Below, in pieces: positions 47,904 through 61,414 of a stretch of 64,000 nt of DNA (position 1 is its first letter; each line of letters opens with the position of its first letter). The notes below the pieces were generated by a model, which had not been told where the DNA came from, did no database searches, and was given only the letters and a program-made list of their open reading frames with translations. Made by a program: the position numbers and the translations under genes. The stretch lies in assembly GCF_009914755.1 (NCBI RefSeq), contig NC_060935.1; one strand, written 5' to 3'. Origin of the DNA: the human T2T-CHM13v2.0 reference genome, Homo sapiens.

Positions 47904-48194
47904 TCCTAAAACTCTCTTTTCATATGTGCTACTTTAGGCTATGTTTATTTCTGAATATAGGCAAATAGCATTACAATCAAACCAGTAGCTAGAACTCACA
48001 AACATGAAATTCTTAGAGCAGTACTTTATAAAATTTCTGCCTACCTAAATGTAGACCTTAATATTAACCATCTGAGGTGATATCTTGCAAGATATTTTCT
48101 ATATGCAGATATACCTGCCCAAGAAAAATTATATTTATTTTTAAAACAGTGGTGCTTTCTGGTTTGCTTTGCAGAATGAGGAGTAAAAAAGGGC

Positions 48195-48783
48195 TATTCT
48201 GGTGATTATTGCTGTGTATTAAACTACCGCAAAACATAGTTATGGAAAACACTCATTACATTCAAGGCTTTTGTGGGTCAGGAACTTGTATAGGGAACAG
48301 CAGGCATGCTTGTTGGATGCACTATTCCATGGTACCTAGGTACTCAGTTGGAAAAATTTGATGGCTACAGTTTGGAATCAACTAGGAGTGTCTTCACTGA
48401 CCTATGTAATGGTTGATGCTGACTGTCCACTGGGACCTCAACTGGAGCTGTCTTCCGGAGCACCTGTGTGTAGCCTTTGCATGTGACCTGGACTTCCTCA
48501 CACATGGTGGTCACTTCTTACATGATGGTCAAACTGCTTAGATGGCAGCTTAGGCTCCAAAAGCTAGTGTCATAGTAAACAAGATGCATTGCCTTTAATG
48601 ACTCATCTCAAAACTGACAAAGCTATCACATCTGCCGTACTTTATGGATTAGAACAATAACAAGTTCACTCAGATTCAAGGGGAGAAAAATTAAGCCCTG
48701 ACACTTAATTGTGGAGGAGCAAGGTCACAGTGTACAAGAGTATATGCAATGGGTGATGCTGTACAGTTATATTTGGAAAGTAC
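48195..48783 (-). mobile_element. MaLR solo LTR (MLT1G/H-like)
   Basis: tattgctgtgtattaaactaccgcaaaacatag...gtgggtcaggaa...tggacttcctcacacatggtgg...cagattcaagggga. Confidence 0.7.
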
Positions 48784-49094
48784 AGCCTGGGCACAGTGGC
48801 TCACACCTGTAATCCTAGTACTTTGGGAGAGCAAGGTGGGAGGATCACTTGAGCCCAGGAGTTTGAGACCAGCCTGGGCAACATATTGGGACCTCGTCTC
48901 TACGCATAATTTAAAAATTAGCCAGGTGTGGTGGTGTGTGCCTGTGGTCTCAGCTACTCTGAGAGGCTGAGGGGAGGATCTCTTGAGCCCGAGAGGTTGA
49001 GACTGCAGTGAGGCATGTTGCACCACTGCAATACTCCAGCCTGGGTGACAGAGCAAGACCCTGAAAAAGAAAAAAAAAAAAGAAAGAAAAGAAA
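48784..49094 (+). mobile_element. AluJ
   Basis: ggaggatcacttgagcccaggagtttgagaccagcctgggcaacata; A/GAAA tail. Confidence 0.9.
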
Positions 49095-49494
49095 ATCTGT
49101 ACCTGTAAATAGGCATAAAACTGTGGTAGTTTGAAGTATGTGGATGCATGGCATACAGTGGCAGAGTTTTTGTGGAATGGTTATAGATGAAACATCATTT
49201 GTCTTAATGGCTCAGATTTGAAGTTGAGGTTTATAATTATGTTTTTATCATTCTAATAATGAAATTTCTCATTTTATTAGGATTGGAGGAAGAGTCTGTG
49301 GTCTTTTCCAAACTTGAAGATTTGATTTTTTCCAAAACTTGTAGCTTTGTGTTTATCAGCAGATCTGAAAGCCACAAGTATTATCTGATACATACAATAA
49401 TGACAGAAGAAAAAAATGTTCTATGTTTTCTTCACTAAAAGTTTTTATGTAAAAAAGAAATATAGGGCGAATTATACAGCATAAGAATTATATC

Positions 49495-49757
49495 TCATTA
49501 AACCTATTTTTTAAAAACAACCATAAACAAATACTGACTTTTCGCTAATGATATGCATGCTGGAGTGGTTAGGGGTAAAATATACTGATGTCTGCAACTT
49601 TCTTTGAAATTCACCACAAATTAGAGAGACTGGTGAATGTGGATAGATCTTTAGAGAGGTGAAAAAGCAAGTGTAGAGAACGGTTACTTGTACAACCTAA
49701 GTGATGTGTAAATGCATATTCTCTTATATCTGAAATTTTTCACAATAAAATATTGGG
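49495..49757 (+). mobile_element. L1ME 3' terminal fragment
   Basis: tactgatgtctgcaactttctttgaaat...tgaaatttttcacaataaaatattggg. Confidence 0.55.
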
Positions 49758-52345
49758 AACAATCATAATGAGACACCACTACATAATCACTGGAATGGCC
49801 TTTTGTAAAAAAGCTTTGTTTTTTTTCAAGTGTTTTTTGTGTTAAAAGCTCTGACATAGTTTTGGTGAAGTGAAGTTATATTGACTACTTCATCATCTAT
49901 TTTTATTCAAGCAGAAGGGAAGAGTTAGGCACAGATTCTCACCACAGTTCTGTGACTGCAGAAACCTTTAAGATAAATAATTGTAATTAACACAGCCTTG
50001 GCACTGGCAAAACAAAAACTCGGAACTTAATATGTAAACAATATGATCTCCATTTCAAATGCTGTTTGTCCTCCTAAAATCTTACACCTCTTTTTTCTTT
50101 CTAGGCAATTACTTTTTTTTTACTTTCCTTTGACCTCGACAATATGTTCCCTGTTTACATTATTCATGGAATCATGAAGGGTCACTATTGTCTGCCCAGT
50201 CCCAAGATAGTTTGGCACTTTTTCAAATTGTTTTGCTTGAATTGTAGTGAAGTGGTAACCCGCTGATGCAGGCATGCACTTCAGCACCCTTGTGCTATAG
50301 TAAGGCCAAAAAAAAAATAGATTAAAGGAATTAAAGTCTCTTTCAGTTGCTTAGCAAAGGAGTAGTTGGTAAGGCATAGTAAAACTTTACAACTTTTTAA
50401 GTTTTCTGATAGAATTTGAACTCACTGAAACTTACACGTTAACTGAGAGGAGTACTAAGTAATCAATTGAGGTTATTCCAACCAAACATTTAAAATATCC
50501 TTATTAAGTGTCCACCAGTGAGTGGTACTAAGTGTGACATACTGTGCACAATCCTTGCTCTCAAGAAACATGAACAGCATAGCTAGGAAGAAAAGTTGGA
50601 GAGGACACCAGGGCATAAGCAGATTCGCACTGCAAGATAAAGCAAAAAGAAGATAAGTGCCAAGTACCAGATGGAATGAAATCATGTTCCTTTTGCTCTC
50701 TTGCCCAGCCTAAGAAGACAGGCCAGGGGAGTTTGTGATCATGGTACAGAAATGGAGGCTATTGCTCAATTTGCTCACTCTGCCCCATCGGTCAAAATTG
50801 CTATTCAAAATGTGCCTTACTCCCTATTTTGTATTTAGAGTCTTGGATTCTTATTTGAAACTTGGCAGCTTTGGAAGCTGTCTTATATTTTGTTCTGCTT
50901 TAAGACTTTCACTGCCAAGTACATATTCAGGCTTTGTTTGCCAGTTTTTTTGATTGTGTGGTTGAATGCCATCCCTGGAAAGATGTACTTTTGAGCTAGT
51001 ATGAAGTCAATGAGCTGCCTTCAGCATTCATGAAGAGGTTCTGAAGTTTCTGTTTCAAGGCTTTTGACATGTCAGCGTGTGTAAATCTAGTCTGATGCCA
51101 AGATGCCTTATGCCAATGGGTTCCTTTTGATTTTGGTATGCATGATTTTCCTTGTGCATATTAACCTGTTGCCATTAAAAGAAACAGAAAATTATAAGAT
51201 CATGTAATATAACATAGGTTCTAGCCACAAATAACATTAGTACTGTATCACAACACTAGTGGATTTTGGTTTGTTAGAATTTTTAACTGTCTTGGCTTTT
51301 TTTTTTAATATCCTTTCTAAAACTGTGTATTCAACTCCTGATTTTTCATTCAACCCATGATGATGCTTCCTGACTGCTCAGCTGGAATCTGGATTTGCCT
51401 TCTTTCATTCAGCACACTTCTGAAGCAGTGGCAGGTCTTGTGGGGAATTTTGGGGGTAGCAGATTCAAATTTGGCAGGACCCTGGGGACATTAATCAATT
51501 GGAAAATATCAATGAGCAAATCATTTCTCAGATAAAATGGTTCAATTAAAAATGATATTGAACTGAAAAAAACAAAACGTTACCAAACTAAAAATGTGTA
51601 CAATTCATAGGCTCCACGATACGTTTATTTTGTTTCTATGTACTTTTTAGGCTTGATCTTACCATCTTTATAATTTAAATAATTGGCAATAACTTATAAC
51701 TTGTTGTAATGATAATGAGTTCACCTTTACTACTTACTCCCTGACCGATGTTGTGGCCCTCTCCAGTGCCTTCCTCGCTTTTATTATGTACCCACAGCAG
51801 CCTAATACACAGCCCTGTGGCCAGCAGCTTCCACAATATTTGTTGTGGAAAATACTGATTGATATTTTGGGTGAAAAATTGTAACTTAATGGTACTTTAT
51901 ATCATTATTAAACATACATAATATTTCAAATATTAAATAATTGCAATGTTCCTCAGATAAAAACACGTCTATCCAACCTGGCCATTGGAAGTAAGAGAAA
52001 ACTTCCCACAGAAAACTCTTAATATATTATTTTTGTTGCTGTTGTTGTCTGTTTCCAATGTTTATTCTTTTGTCCAAAACACAAATGATTAAGACTTGAG
52101 AATTCAGGAAGGAGGAGTCAGTACTTAATTTCCACTATGTGGAATAAAGAGAATGATAATCTTGGAAATATTGAGCTAGTATGAGTTTTTTAAATTAGTT
52201 ATACATTTTAAAATTTACATATGATGCTTACAATTGACATTGTCTATATTCAGATAGTTTAATAATCAATCATCTGTGACTTCTCAGTGAAAATGCCTAG
52301 TAAAAGTTGTAAAACCCTTCTGTGGAAGAAAGTAAGCCTTGCAGA

Positions 52346-52470
52346 CAGAATGACTACATAGTTTTCAGGGCCCAGTGAAAATGAAAATGTGGGTCCTGTG
52401 GTTCAAAAAACCAGAAAACTTGCCATTAAAAATACTAAAACATGAACTTTTTCCCTTTCTCCCAAGGTGT

Positions 52471-52513
<43 letters not shown>

Positions 52514-53332
52514 TTCTCTCTCTCTCTCTTTCTCTTTCTCTCTCCCCCTTTCTCTACCTGTATTGCTGTATTTATTTGCTAATTAAGGTCATGCTCCTTC
52601 AGGCACAGGGATACTCAGCACAGACTTCACAGGACCCTGTGGGTCTCACCCCACAACTTGGGACACAAGCAGCCCATTAGGTATCAGGTTTTTGCTCTTG
52701 CCAGCCACTGAGCTGACGGGCTGTGGTCACCAGAAGTGGGGAAGTCGAGCCAGGCATCACCCTCCCACAGGCCCGCTGCCCCAGCCCTCTCTGGATGGCT
52801 TTTGCAGCCTCCATGCTGGAATGTGGTAGGTACCTGGATGAGAGGTGGCAAGAAGCTTACCCCTGCCCAGTCACCCACCAAAGTCCTGAGGCACTGCCAG
52901 TTTAGGGCAGGACAACTGTCTCCATGTCCCATCTCAAGATGCCATGGGTCAACCCTAATCCTTTTTACACCCTCATCTAGGCCCTGAATGAGGCAGAAAG
53001 CAATAGCAGTCACTAGTCACTAAGGAAGGAGAAAGGAGGCTGGGAATCCTGTGAGGGCTGAAGCCCCAGCATATGGCAGAGCAGGTATGGACTACCCATC
53101 CTAGAGGCCAGGGGACAGGGACTGCATAGTAACCAACACCACCCCCGCCCCCCGCCACCCACTCCCCCAGGTCCACACATACTTCATTGTTCCCACAAAC
53201 TTCACTTACAAAACATAAATTCAATAATGAAATCATTAGGAATTTCATGACAGCAAACACAGAACATTAAACCCCAAACACAGGACCCTTCGAAGCACAG
53301 TTTTCTGTGTGATGCCAAAGAAGCTGGACCCA
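52346..53332 (-). mobile_element. MER45B/C-type hAT-Tip100 DNA transposon, near full length
   Basis: Left end cagaatgactacata...gggcccagtgaaaatgaaaatgtggg..gttcaaaaa and right end aggaatttcatgacagc...cattaaacc...ggacccttc match the two halves of MER45; about 990 nt. Confidence 0.75.
52470..52543. repeat. (CT)n polypyrimidine microsatellite inside MER45
   Basis: About 70 nt of nearly pure C/T. Confidence 0.95.
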
Positions 53333-53364
53333 CCTGCTGGATAGACCCAATCTACCTACAATAA

Positions 53365-53553
53365 AATAATGGCTAATATGTATTATGCCAGACATTGTTC
53401 TAAGCACTTTACATGTATTAACTCATTAATCCTCAAAGACCTTAATGTATATGCCATCATTATCCCCATTTTACAGCTGAAGTAACTGATACCCAAGATC
53501 ACTGTGTGGTAAAGCGCACATGGAGGATTCAAACCCTGACAGTCCGCCTCCAA
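53365..53553 (-). mobile_element. MIR
   Basis: tatgccagacattgttctaagcactttacatgtattaactcattaatcctc...tatccccattttacag...ggattcaaaccc. Confidence 0.8.
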
Positions 53554-54736
53554 AAGATTCTTATAGGAGAACTGAAAAAGGAGCAAATAACTTATTTATG
53601 CACTGAAAAAGCAGATCATATTTATAAACACTGTACAGTGTTCGAGGCTTTGTCTTAAAGCAAATTTCTAGAAGATAAAATCCTAATTGGTTGCAGGTAC
53701 CTTGAGTGAATAGGCTGTCTCCTTCATCTAGTTAGAACACTAAATGCAACTATCAAATAAATAGGGTTGTCTATGTGAAAGGCCTGGAGATATTAAATGT
53801 AAAGCAAAGGGGATTTATGGATACTTCAAAAATTGCGACATTTTAAAACTTTCTATAGATGGCTGCTCTAACCCTCACCTCTACCCCCACATTGCCCAGC
53901 CCGAGGTTATGTAGCTAATTAATGACAGAACTGGGTTTCCCATCAGTTTGTCCTGGTCAAGGAAGTGGAAAGGAAGTTACCAGGCCCCTCTTATATTGTT
54001 AGTGCATGCTTAGGCCCCTCTAGAAGACTGGACTGGGAAGAGGAAGGATGTGGGAAGAAAGGGCGTGTCAACCAACATCTTACTGCTGGCTTTATTTTCT
54101 TCTTGTCTCCCTGATCAAAGATGATTTCATGTTTCTTTATATAAAAACTAACATTGACTGCAACCTTTTCATTTTAATCATAGTTGTAATTATGAAATCA
54201 CTGTTTTAATTGAAATGCTGTTATAAAATATTAACTAATTATAATGGAGGCATTGCTGGACCAACTTGTCTAAAGCCATGTCTCCAAAATAGAAGAATTT
54301 AAAGATAATAAGCCGTGTAATTCCTTGACTCCAGTGCCTTCAAATCACCAACAAGACAGATCCTAATAATTCTCATTAACTTTATTTGTGGATTTGCAAG
54401 TGACCAGGCCAGAGGCCATGACTTACTTCTTCCACAGTCTTTCTTTCACTCCAGAGTGTAGGATGTCACCATACAAAAGCATGAAATAAGAGCCATGGCC
54501 AACATGTTTTACCAGTTTATTGAGGCATCTCAACTCAGGAAACATACACATTAAACAGTTTGATTTGTTCTTATTGTGGCTTTCAAGTGTGCTTTGTAAA
54601 ATCTTTTCCTGTCCCTTACATATATCTTTGTGTTATTCTGCAGCTTTGGGGTCACTTGTTTATTAAAATTCAGTGTTGTTTAAAATTTTAATCTCAAATA
54701 TAGTTTAAAATCTCCTCTGCTTTTTTCCCAATGCAG

Positions 54737-55480
54737 ACTTCAATGAGGATCCTCACTATTTGAGATGTTGAAGGAATTAGAGAGCAAAATCTGGTTCAAA
54801 GATTGTGGTTCTCCCTCCTCTTTGCAAGACCTGGTTCCTCCAATTCGTTGGGCCAGGGGAAAAAGAGTGGGAATAGGCATATGTTTCTTTACACAGCTGC
54901 CCTCTCAAGAGTCTGCTGTTCATTATGACTGCTTCTCTGACTACCTCTGAGGCAGGAATCCAAATGCTGGCCTTTTCACGGGCTAGATGTTTGAGTTTTT
55001 CAGAGGCCCTGTGATGCATCCACATCATACTTTCTGATGTCAGGGTACAGCAATTGTTACATCTCCTCTCCTGCCCACAGTGGTGTGCCTCACCAGCCTC
55101 TTGCTGATGGATTCCCCTTGCCAGGCAGGTCATCATCTTGGGTAGAACACCAGCAGACTGAACTCAGCAAGTGAAACTCATCCTGCTTGTCCCACAGGAA
55201 TTTCCTACATCCTTGCCAGGCCAGACCATGGTCATGCAAGCTGCTCCACCACCACCCCTTCTCTCTGCCCTGCCATTTCTCTCTAGTTCTCCCTGCCTTG
55301 CTTGACAGGAACAGGGACAGATAAGCACATTCTCTGCCTAGACTGATGTTCACTGGGGAATGGAGTGCCAATCTTTTCATCTTGCAAGCTTGGCCAGACT
55401 TTGAGTTTGTCTCTTGGAGCCCCACCCAGCACTTTTGAAACCAGCTTCACAAAATAAAATCTTTTCACCACAAGCACTGT
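54737..55480 (+). other. Candidate exon (possibly terminal) in a GC-richer unique island
   Basis: Acceptor tctcctctgcttttttcccaatgcAG ends at 54736; composition shifts to GC-richer; AATAAA at 55453-55458. 3' end uncertain. Confidence 0.2.
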
Positions 55481-56301
55481 ATTTCCCACACAGACAAGTT
55501 ACCTCATAACTCTTGCCATTCCTTCCCGAAACTTCTTAAGTTGGAGCCATGGCTGTGGTAGTGGGTATACCTCTTCCACCCTTAGAGGGTATCTGGGTCC
55601 AATTGCTGAAGCCTCACTTTGGGCATTGCTTAGTCTCTATTGTTGCCAGGGATGGGTCCATCCTGTAAGCAACTACTCCCCATGCCGTTATATTTATATG
55701 CTGATAGAAGGAGTAATTTTTGATGCAGCGTCAAGTTCTTGAGAAATTCTTGACACACAGTAAAAAAATTTTTTACATATCGGTTTCCTTACCTTTTCAG
55801 AAAAGGCTAAGATTCTAAGAATGCTTAACAAAGGAGGGTGGTATATCAGATAGACTTTGGCAAAATGAATAGGATTGAGGAAAGATAATCTCAGAGGAGA
55901 ATGTAAACAGAGGTTGAGATCTGGAAAATTGAGGAACAGATTTGGGGAAAGTGAGTAAGCTTTTTTTCTAATGAAAATACAGGATATAAGATCAGAAAAG
56001 CAGGCTGGGAACATCAGATCAAGGGGTTATCAAGGACAGAATTGAAGACTATAAACATGAGTACAGTAGAAAGGCTTTTCAGCAGAGTGACCTGTGGGAA
56101 ATGGAAATTTGGGGAAGTTCACTGTTAGACAAGGTACAGAAGAGGGTGGAGGAAAGGAGACCAGGGAACTGGTATTATAGCAATTTAAAAAGGAAGAAAT
56201 AAAGGGGCAAGGATACAGGGGAACACATGAAAAGGGAGACTGTAAGCAATATTGGGATCATTTGTGATTTTTGGTAACTAATCTTACAGGAGAGGATATG
56301 C

Positions 56302-56619
56302 CAGCATGTTCCAAATGCCTGCTGTGTAACGCTAATTCTATCAGATGCTACAAATCAACAAAAAATTCTCTGGTCAAATATGCTGAGGAAACTCAGCATA
56401 ATGTGGTCTCTACTTAAAATTTGTAAAGTAACATAGAAATCCTAATGAAGGGGCAGTGGCCAAAAAGAAAAAAAAAAGGGAATCCTAATGGAAAAGAAAA
56501 CACCACATTACCTTGTTTAGCCCAGCATTTTTAACAATTATTTGATTATAGAACCGTCTTTTATGTAGGTCGTATCATACAGTACCAGTGTTCCAAGGAA
56601 TACACTTGGGGAACCACTG
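56302..56619. mobile_element. hAT-Charlie relic (MER103C-like)
   Basis: cagcatgttccaaa...tctctggtcaaata...cagtgttccaaggaatacacttggggaaccactg, with degenerate terminal inverted repeats. Confidence 0.55.
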
Positions 56620-59600
56620 GATTATATTATACAATATGAATTGATTGATGTATTGGTTTGCATGTTAATACTATGTTTTTCTATAATAAACAATAAACAG
56701 AAACATAATTTATAATGAACTCTGTTTCTGAGTAGGAAATAGTTCTTGAACTGCCTAAGCTTGAGCTATATCTTTTAACACTTGGCCTTGTCTCATTTTC
56801 AAAATGAAATATATTTTTATAATAAAAGGCCAAGAATAAGTAGCTCAAATTTCATAATTTTATAGTCATCTCTGGGAATGTAGCCTTAAGAAACATCACT
56901 ATCTATGGACAGTATCAGTGTCCTCAGCTTTGGGCTCAAAAGAAAAAGAACTTTATTTTTACAGTTTTTTTTTTTTAACTTTAAAGTGAACATATGTAGA
57001 GTTTTTATTTGGGAGACTAACGAGGAAAGCTGTGTCTCATTTGTTATATTGCTTCACATAATAACTGCTAACTAAAAATGTGTTTGATTATGAAAGGAGA
57101 GTAGATATTAATTATTTTTTATACATAAAAGAATTTGAGATCTTGATTTATTGGCTCAGACTAGGTAGTTTATGGGAGAAGGAGGACTTGGGAGAATCAG
57201 GTCTCATGTTCTTTCTAATATAGCACTTCTCCTTAAAGAATAGAAGATAAGGTTACCACTTTTATTGAATGTCAAAAGGACATTTCCTTTGTTTGTAAAT
57301 TATTTCAAACTGCTAAGAGGGCCAAGCCACAGAAGCTACTGTGTTCGCTTACTCTTGGACATGACTCCCTCCCTTCCAAACATTTATTAATGTCAGTGAA
57401 CATAGTAAATGTGTCTATCTTGTCTTTATACTTTTCACTGTATCCACTAAAGAATATCAAAGACTAGTAAGCTCTGATGGTGAAGGTAGGAAATATGCCC
57501 ATTATCTATTATTATTGTTTCACATAATAACTACTCGAATAATGAAGAATTATTGAATAATGAAGAAACTGAGACTCAGAAAGGTAGTAACTTACCACAG
57601 CCATAGGACAGGTTGATGACAGAAAGAGCATGTATCTTCAGCTTCTTTGTAGCACAAACACTGCATAGCATCAAGCATTCAGAATAGATACTCTAAGTGC
57701 ACATCTATTGAATAGAAGATTTGTTGGCAGAGATGATAAGCAGTATCTTATGCATAGACCTACAAGTATGTTTTTCAATTTAAAGAGGCTCATCTATCTC
57801 AAAGATAAAGTGCCTGTTACTTTACATCAAGCATGAAATACTGCCATTATATTACTTCCCAAAAAAAGCATATAAACAAAACTTATAAGAGAAATAATCT
57901 CCAACAATAGAATAAAGATGATTATAGGTTTTAAAAGCTATTTGCTTTATATCATTAATAAGGATATGCTAGGTTGAAGAATACGTAATCTATTGAAGGG
58001 TTGTTACCTCAGAGGATGGAGCTAGGGAATTAAGAATGCGAAGGGCATTTTTAGTTTTTCTTGTATACATATAGTATTTTACATTATATTTATTATAAGC
58101 ATATATTACTGTTATAATTTTTTCAAAGTTCATAAAAATGTCCTTTAAAGAATAAAAGCATAGAATTAACTTGGTAGACATTTATGCTTTTGTCAAAAAA
58201 TTAAGTATTTCAAGTATATAGATACTATTAGAAAGCTTCTGTGTACCTAGTACCCTAATTGTGACAAACATAAATGTTTTAGGGAAGTAAAATTTTTAAA
58301 AAGTAATACCCCAAATTTACCCAGCTAACCAATAGTAAGTATGAGTTCTTAGGCTTTCCTGCCTGTATCTATATAGATATACAAAGTAGCATATGCTGCA
58401 AAAGCTCTAAGTCTTTGCAGCAGTGCTCTGCTGAAAAACAGTTGTAACCATTGGTTGCTGGGCAATAGACAACACAGCAAACCCAGCTCCCTTCACTTCA
58501 ACGTTTATTTATCTGGATTAATGATGTAGATCATCATAAACAAACAAGATATTTGTTATATAAATAGGATAGCTAATGCATTTCAGGAAATTTTAAGATT
58601 TTCCTTAGTGTTCATGTGTACTTTCAGTGCTTTTAACCTTGAAAGAGATATATATTGTTTGGAAACCAAAATTAAAGTTAAGTTGAAAGGGTACAGTGTG
58701 ATCTCCTTGCCTCGTGATAAATTACACCATGAATCTTAGGAAGGCATATTGAGCTTTCTATTTGAATTGTTTCATAATAGATAGAAATTATAGAATAAAT
58801 TCATTTATATTAAAGCACAAAATAGTCTCATTAGCTAGAGGAGAAAATTCTAAGGTATTCCTGGCTCTCTTTCTCTTCCAAATTTCAAAGAAAAATCAAA
58901 TCCAAAAGAAAGGTTTTAAACTAGTGAAACAGAATATTGTAATTGTAGCTCATTTTAAAATGTGCTTGTTCATTTTTAAGGGCTAAGAAAGTTATACGTG
59001 TAGTATATTTCAAAATGTTTTATGAGGTAGGATGTCTACTGTAAGTTATAATGGATGTACTAAACCATAATAACAATCAGTACCAAAGCTCTATGGTCTC
59101 TGAACAGATTGTTTCCGCAATTAGTATCTATGTACTAACTTAGCAATAAAAATATGTATTGGCCCATTTCCTCAGGCTCTACCTCATGGGGATGATACAA
59201 AAATAAAATGAAATAATAGGCAAATAATCATTTTGGGAATTAAATATAAAATGTCACTAGTGGCATAATGTGTAATAAAAATAATAATAGATACCAATAC
59301 TGACATACTAGAAATTAGACTTCAGATCTCAAAAAAACATTTTTGTTGTTAAACGCTTCTAACACCCTTTTGTTTGGTTCTCATGGTAATCTGTATTAGT
59401 GGGAAAGCTTTGGGGCTTTCTATATGCATAAATGCTTCAGCTGTTTAATAAATTAACCCATTTACTACTATACTCCAAAAACTGATTGCCATCTTTATAC
59501 ACCCAGCCATTTTCATCAAACAACCAGTTGGCTTATTAATTATAAAATTGGTTATCAGTATGAGTGTGTGACACAGCTTGAATGAAAGCTTTTTCCAAAA

Positions 59601-59979
59601 ATGCTTGTTCTCTTCTAGCTTGTCTACGTATAATTCAGCCACATTGACTACAGCACCATTAGTTTGGCTGAGACTTATTCTTCATATAATTTAGTGGCTA
59701 TTAATCAGTGAGATTGTGTTATTAAGGAAGCCAACTTAAGAAAAGTCTAGTAGTGACATCTGCGAGATTGTAGAATAGGAATCCCCAGACATTCTTTCCT
59801 TCTGTGGAAATACCAATTCAACACCAAAACATAGACCAGTTCCCTTTGTGAGAAATCCAGAAACCAGTTAGGATACTCCCACACCCCAGGCAAGTGCAAA
59901 ATTAGCCACTGTAAGCCAACAGGAAAATTCATTGCACCCTCTCACCATTGTCCTTGCATACTCCGAGTCAATCAGGAGG

Positions 59980-60303
59980 TGTTTTAGTCCATTTGTGCTA
60001 CTATAACAAAATGCCACAGACCTGGGTAATTTATAAACAATAGACATTTATTTCTCACAATCTTGGTGGCTGGGAATTCCAAGATCAAGGCACCAACAGG
60101 TTCAGTGTCTGGTGAAGGCCTGTCTAGGTGTTCTCACATGGTGGAAGGAGCAGAAGAGCAAGAACACACTCCCTTCAACCTCAAATTCCATTCATAAAGG
60201 CAAGCCTTCATGACTTAATCACCTCCTAAAGGCCACACCTCTTAATATTGTTGTATTGGGGATTACATTTTAACATGAATTTTGGAGGGAACATCATCAT
60301 GCA
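59980..60303 (-). mobile_element. MaLR solo LTR (MSTC/D or MLT1A-like) inserted in the L1M 5' UTR
   Basis: tgttttagtccatttgtgctactataacaaaatgccacagac.tgggtaatttataaac...acatgaattttggaggg; TSD ggagg/gaagg. Confidence 0.85.
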
Positions 60304-61374
60304 GAAGGAAACTCTCAGCTCCAAGCTTCTCCATGGACAGAGAAGACTGGACCATAAACATCCAACATTCTGACTTCTGAGGGGAGCTGCCCAAGGGACT
60401 GGCTTCTGTGTCATCTCTCTCAGAGCACTGACACGGCCTGGCATACTCTAGATGCATTAGGGCACTGAGAGCAAGAGCTTGGCAGTGTGCTACTGCTCAA
60501 GAAACTGCAGTATAGCAGACACAGGAAAATACAACTTGGTTAGCTCTATCTCAAGGGGAAAGAGAAGAATGGAGCATGTGTTCAACATTCTAGCATTTTA
60601 GGGGGCTGCCCAAGGGGCTGAATTCCTTCTAGCCTGACATAGGACACTGACAGGACCCAGCATATTCTAGATTCCTGGGGGTCACTGAGAACAAAAAAGA
60701 GCTGGGTGATGTCCTGCTGCTTTAGAAGACCTTCAGTATATCAGAGGAATCAGAGGGAGCAAGAGATTACAAGCTCCTGAAAAAAAAAAAGAAGCCAGCA
60801 AATCTAAGTAAAAATCTAAACACACAAGTTTAGAGAAGACACATCAGAGAAAAAGCTTGAAAGACTCCCAGAACCTCTAATCAGGCTGATTGGCAAAAGT
60901 CTTTCTCTGTACAAAGCCAGTCTGAAAAAACTGAGAGAGGTGGTTACTTTGTCAAATGTGTAGATACCAACACAAAGTTATAAGAACGTGAAGAAACAGG
61001 GAAATAGGCCAATCAAAGGAGCAAAATAAATTTCCAGAAACAAACCCTTAAAAAACAGGTATGTGAATTGCTTGACAAAGAATTCAAGGTAACCATCATA
61101 AATATGTTAATCAAACTCAGAGAAACTATGTGTGAACAAAATGAGTATTTCAACAAAGAAATAGAAAATATAAAAGAACCAAACAAAGTTTGGAGCTGAA
61201 GAGTGCAATAACTAAACTTTTAAAAATTCCCTAGAGGGTTCAACAGCAGACTTGATCAAGCTGAAGAAAGAACCAACAAACTTGAAGACAGATCATTTGA
61301 AATTATCCCGTCAGAGAAGCAAAAAGAAAAAAAGAATGAAGAAAACCTAGGGGACTTATGGTACACCATTAAGC

Positions 61375-61376
<2 letters not shown>

Positions 61377-61412
<36 letters not shown>
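61377..61412. repeat. (GT)n microsatellite within the L1 ORF1 remnant
   Basis: 18 perfect GT units. Confidence 0.97.

Positions 61413-61414
<2 letters not shown>

Noticed and set aside
51357-51423. ATGATGA...CTGA spacing resembling a C/D snoRNA
   Set aside because: No terminal stem and no recognisable rRNA/snRNA guide; such motifs are common by chance.
54777-55489. Three overlapping - strand ORFs as a coding gene or Gypsy integrase
   Set aside because: No recognisable domain motif; kept only as an unexplained island.
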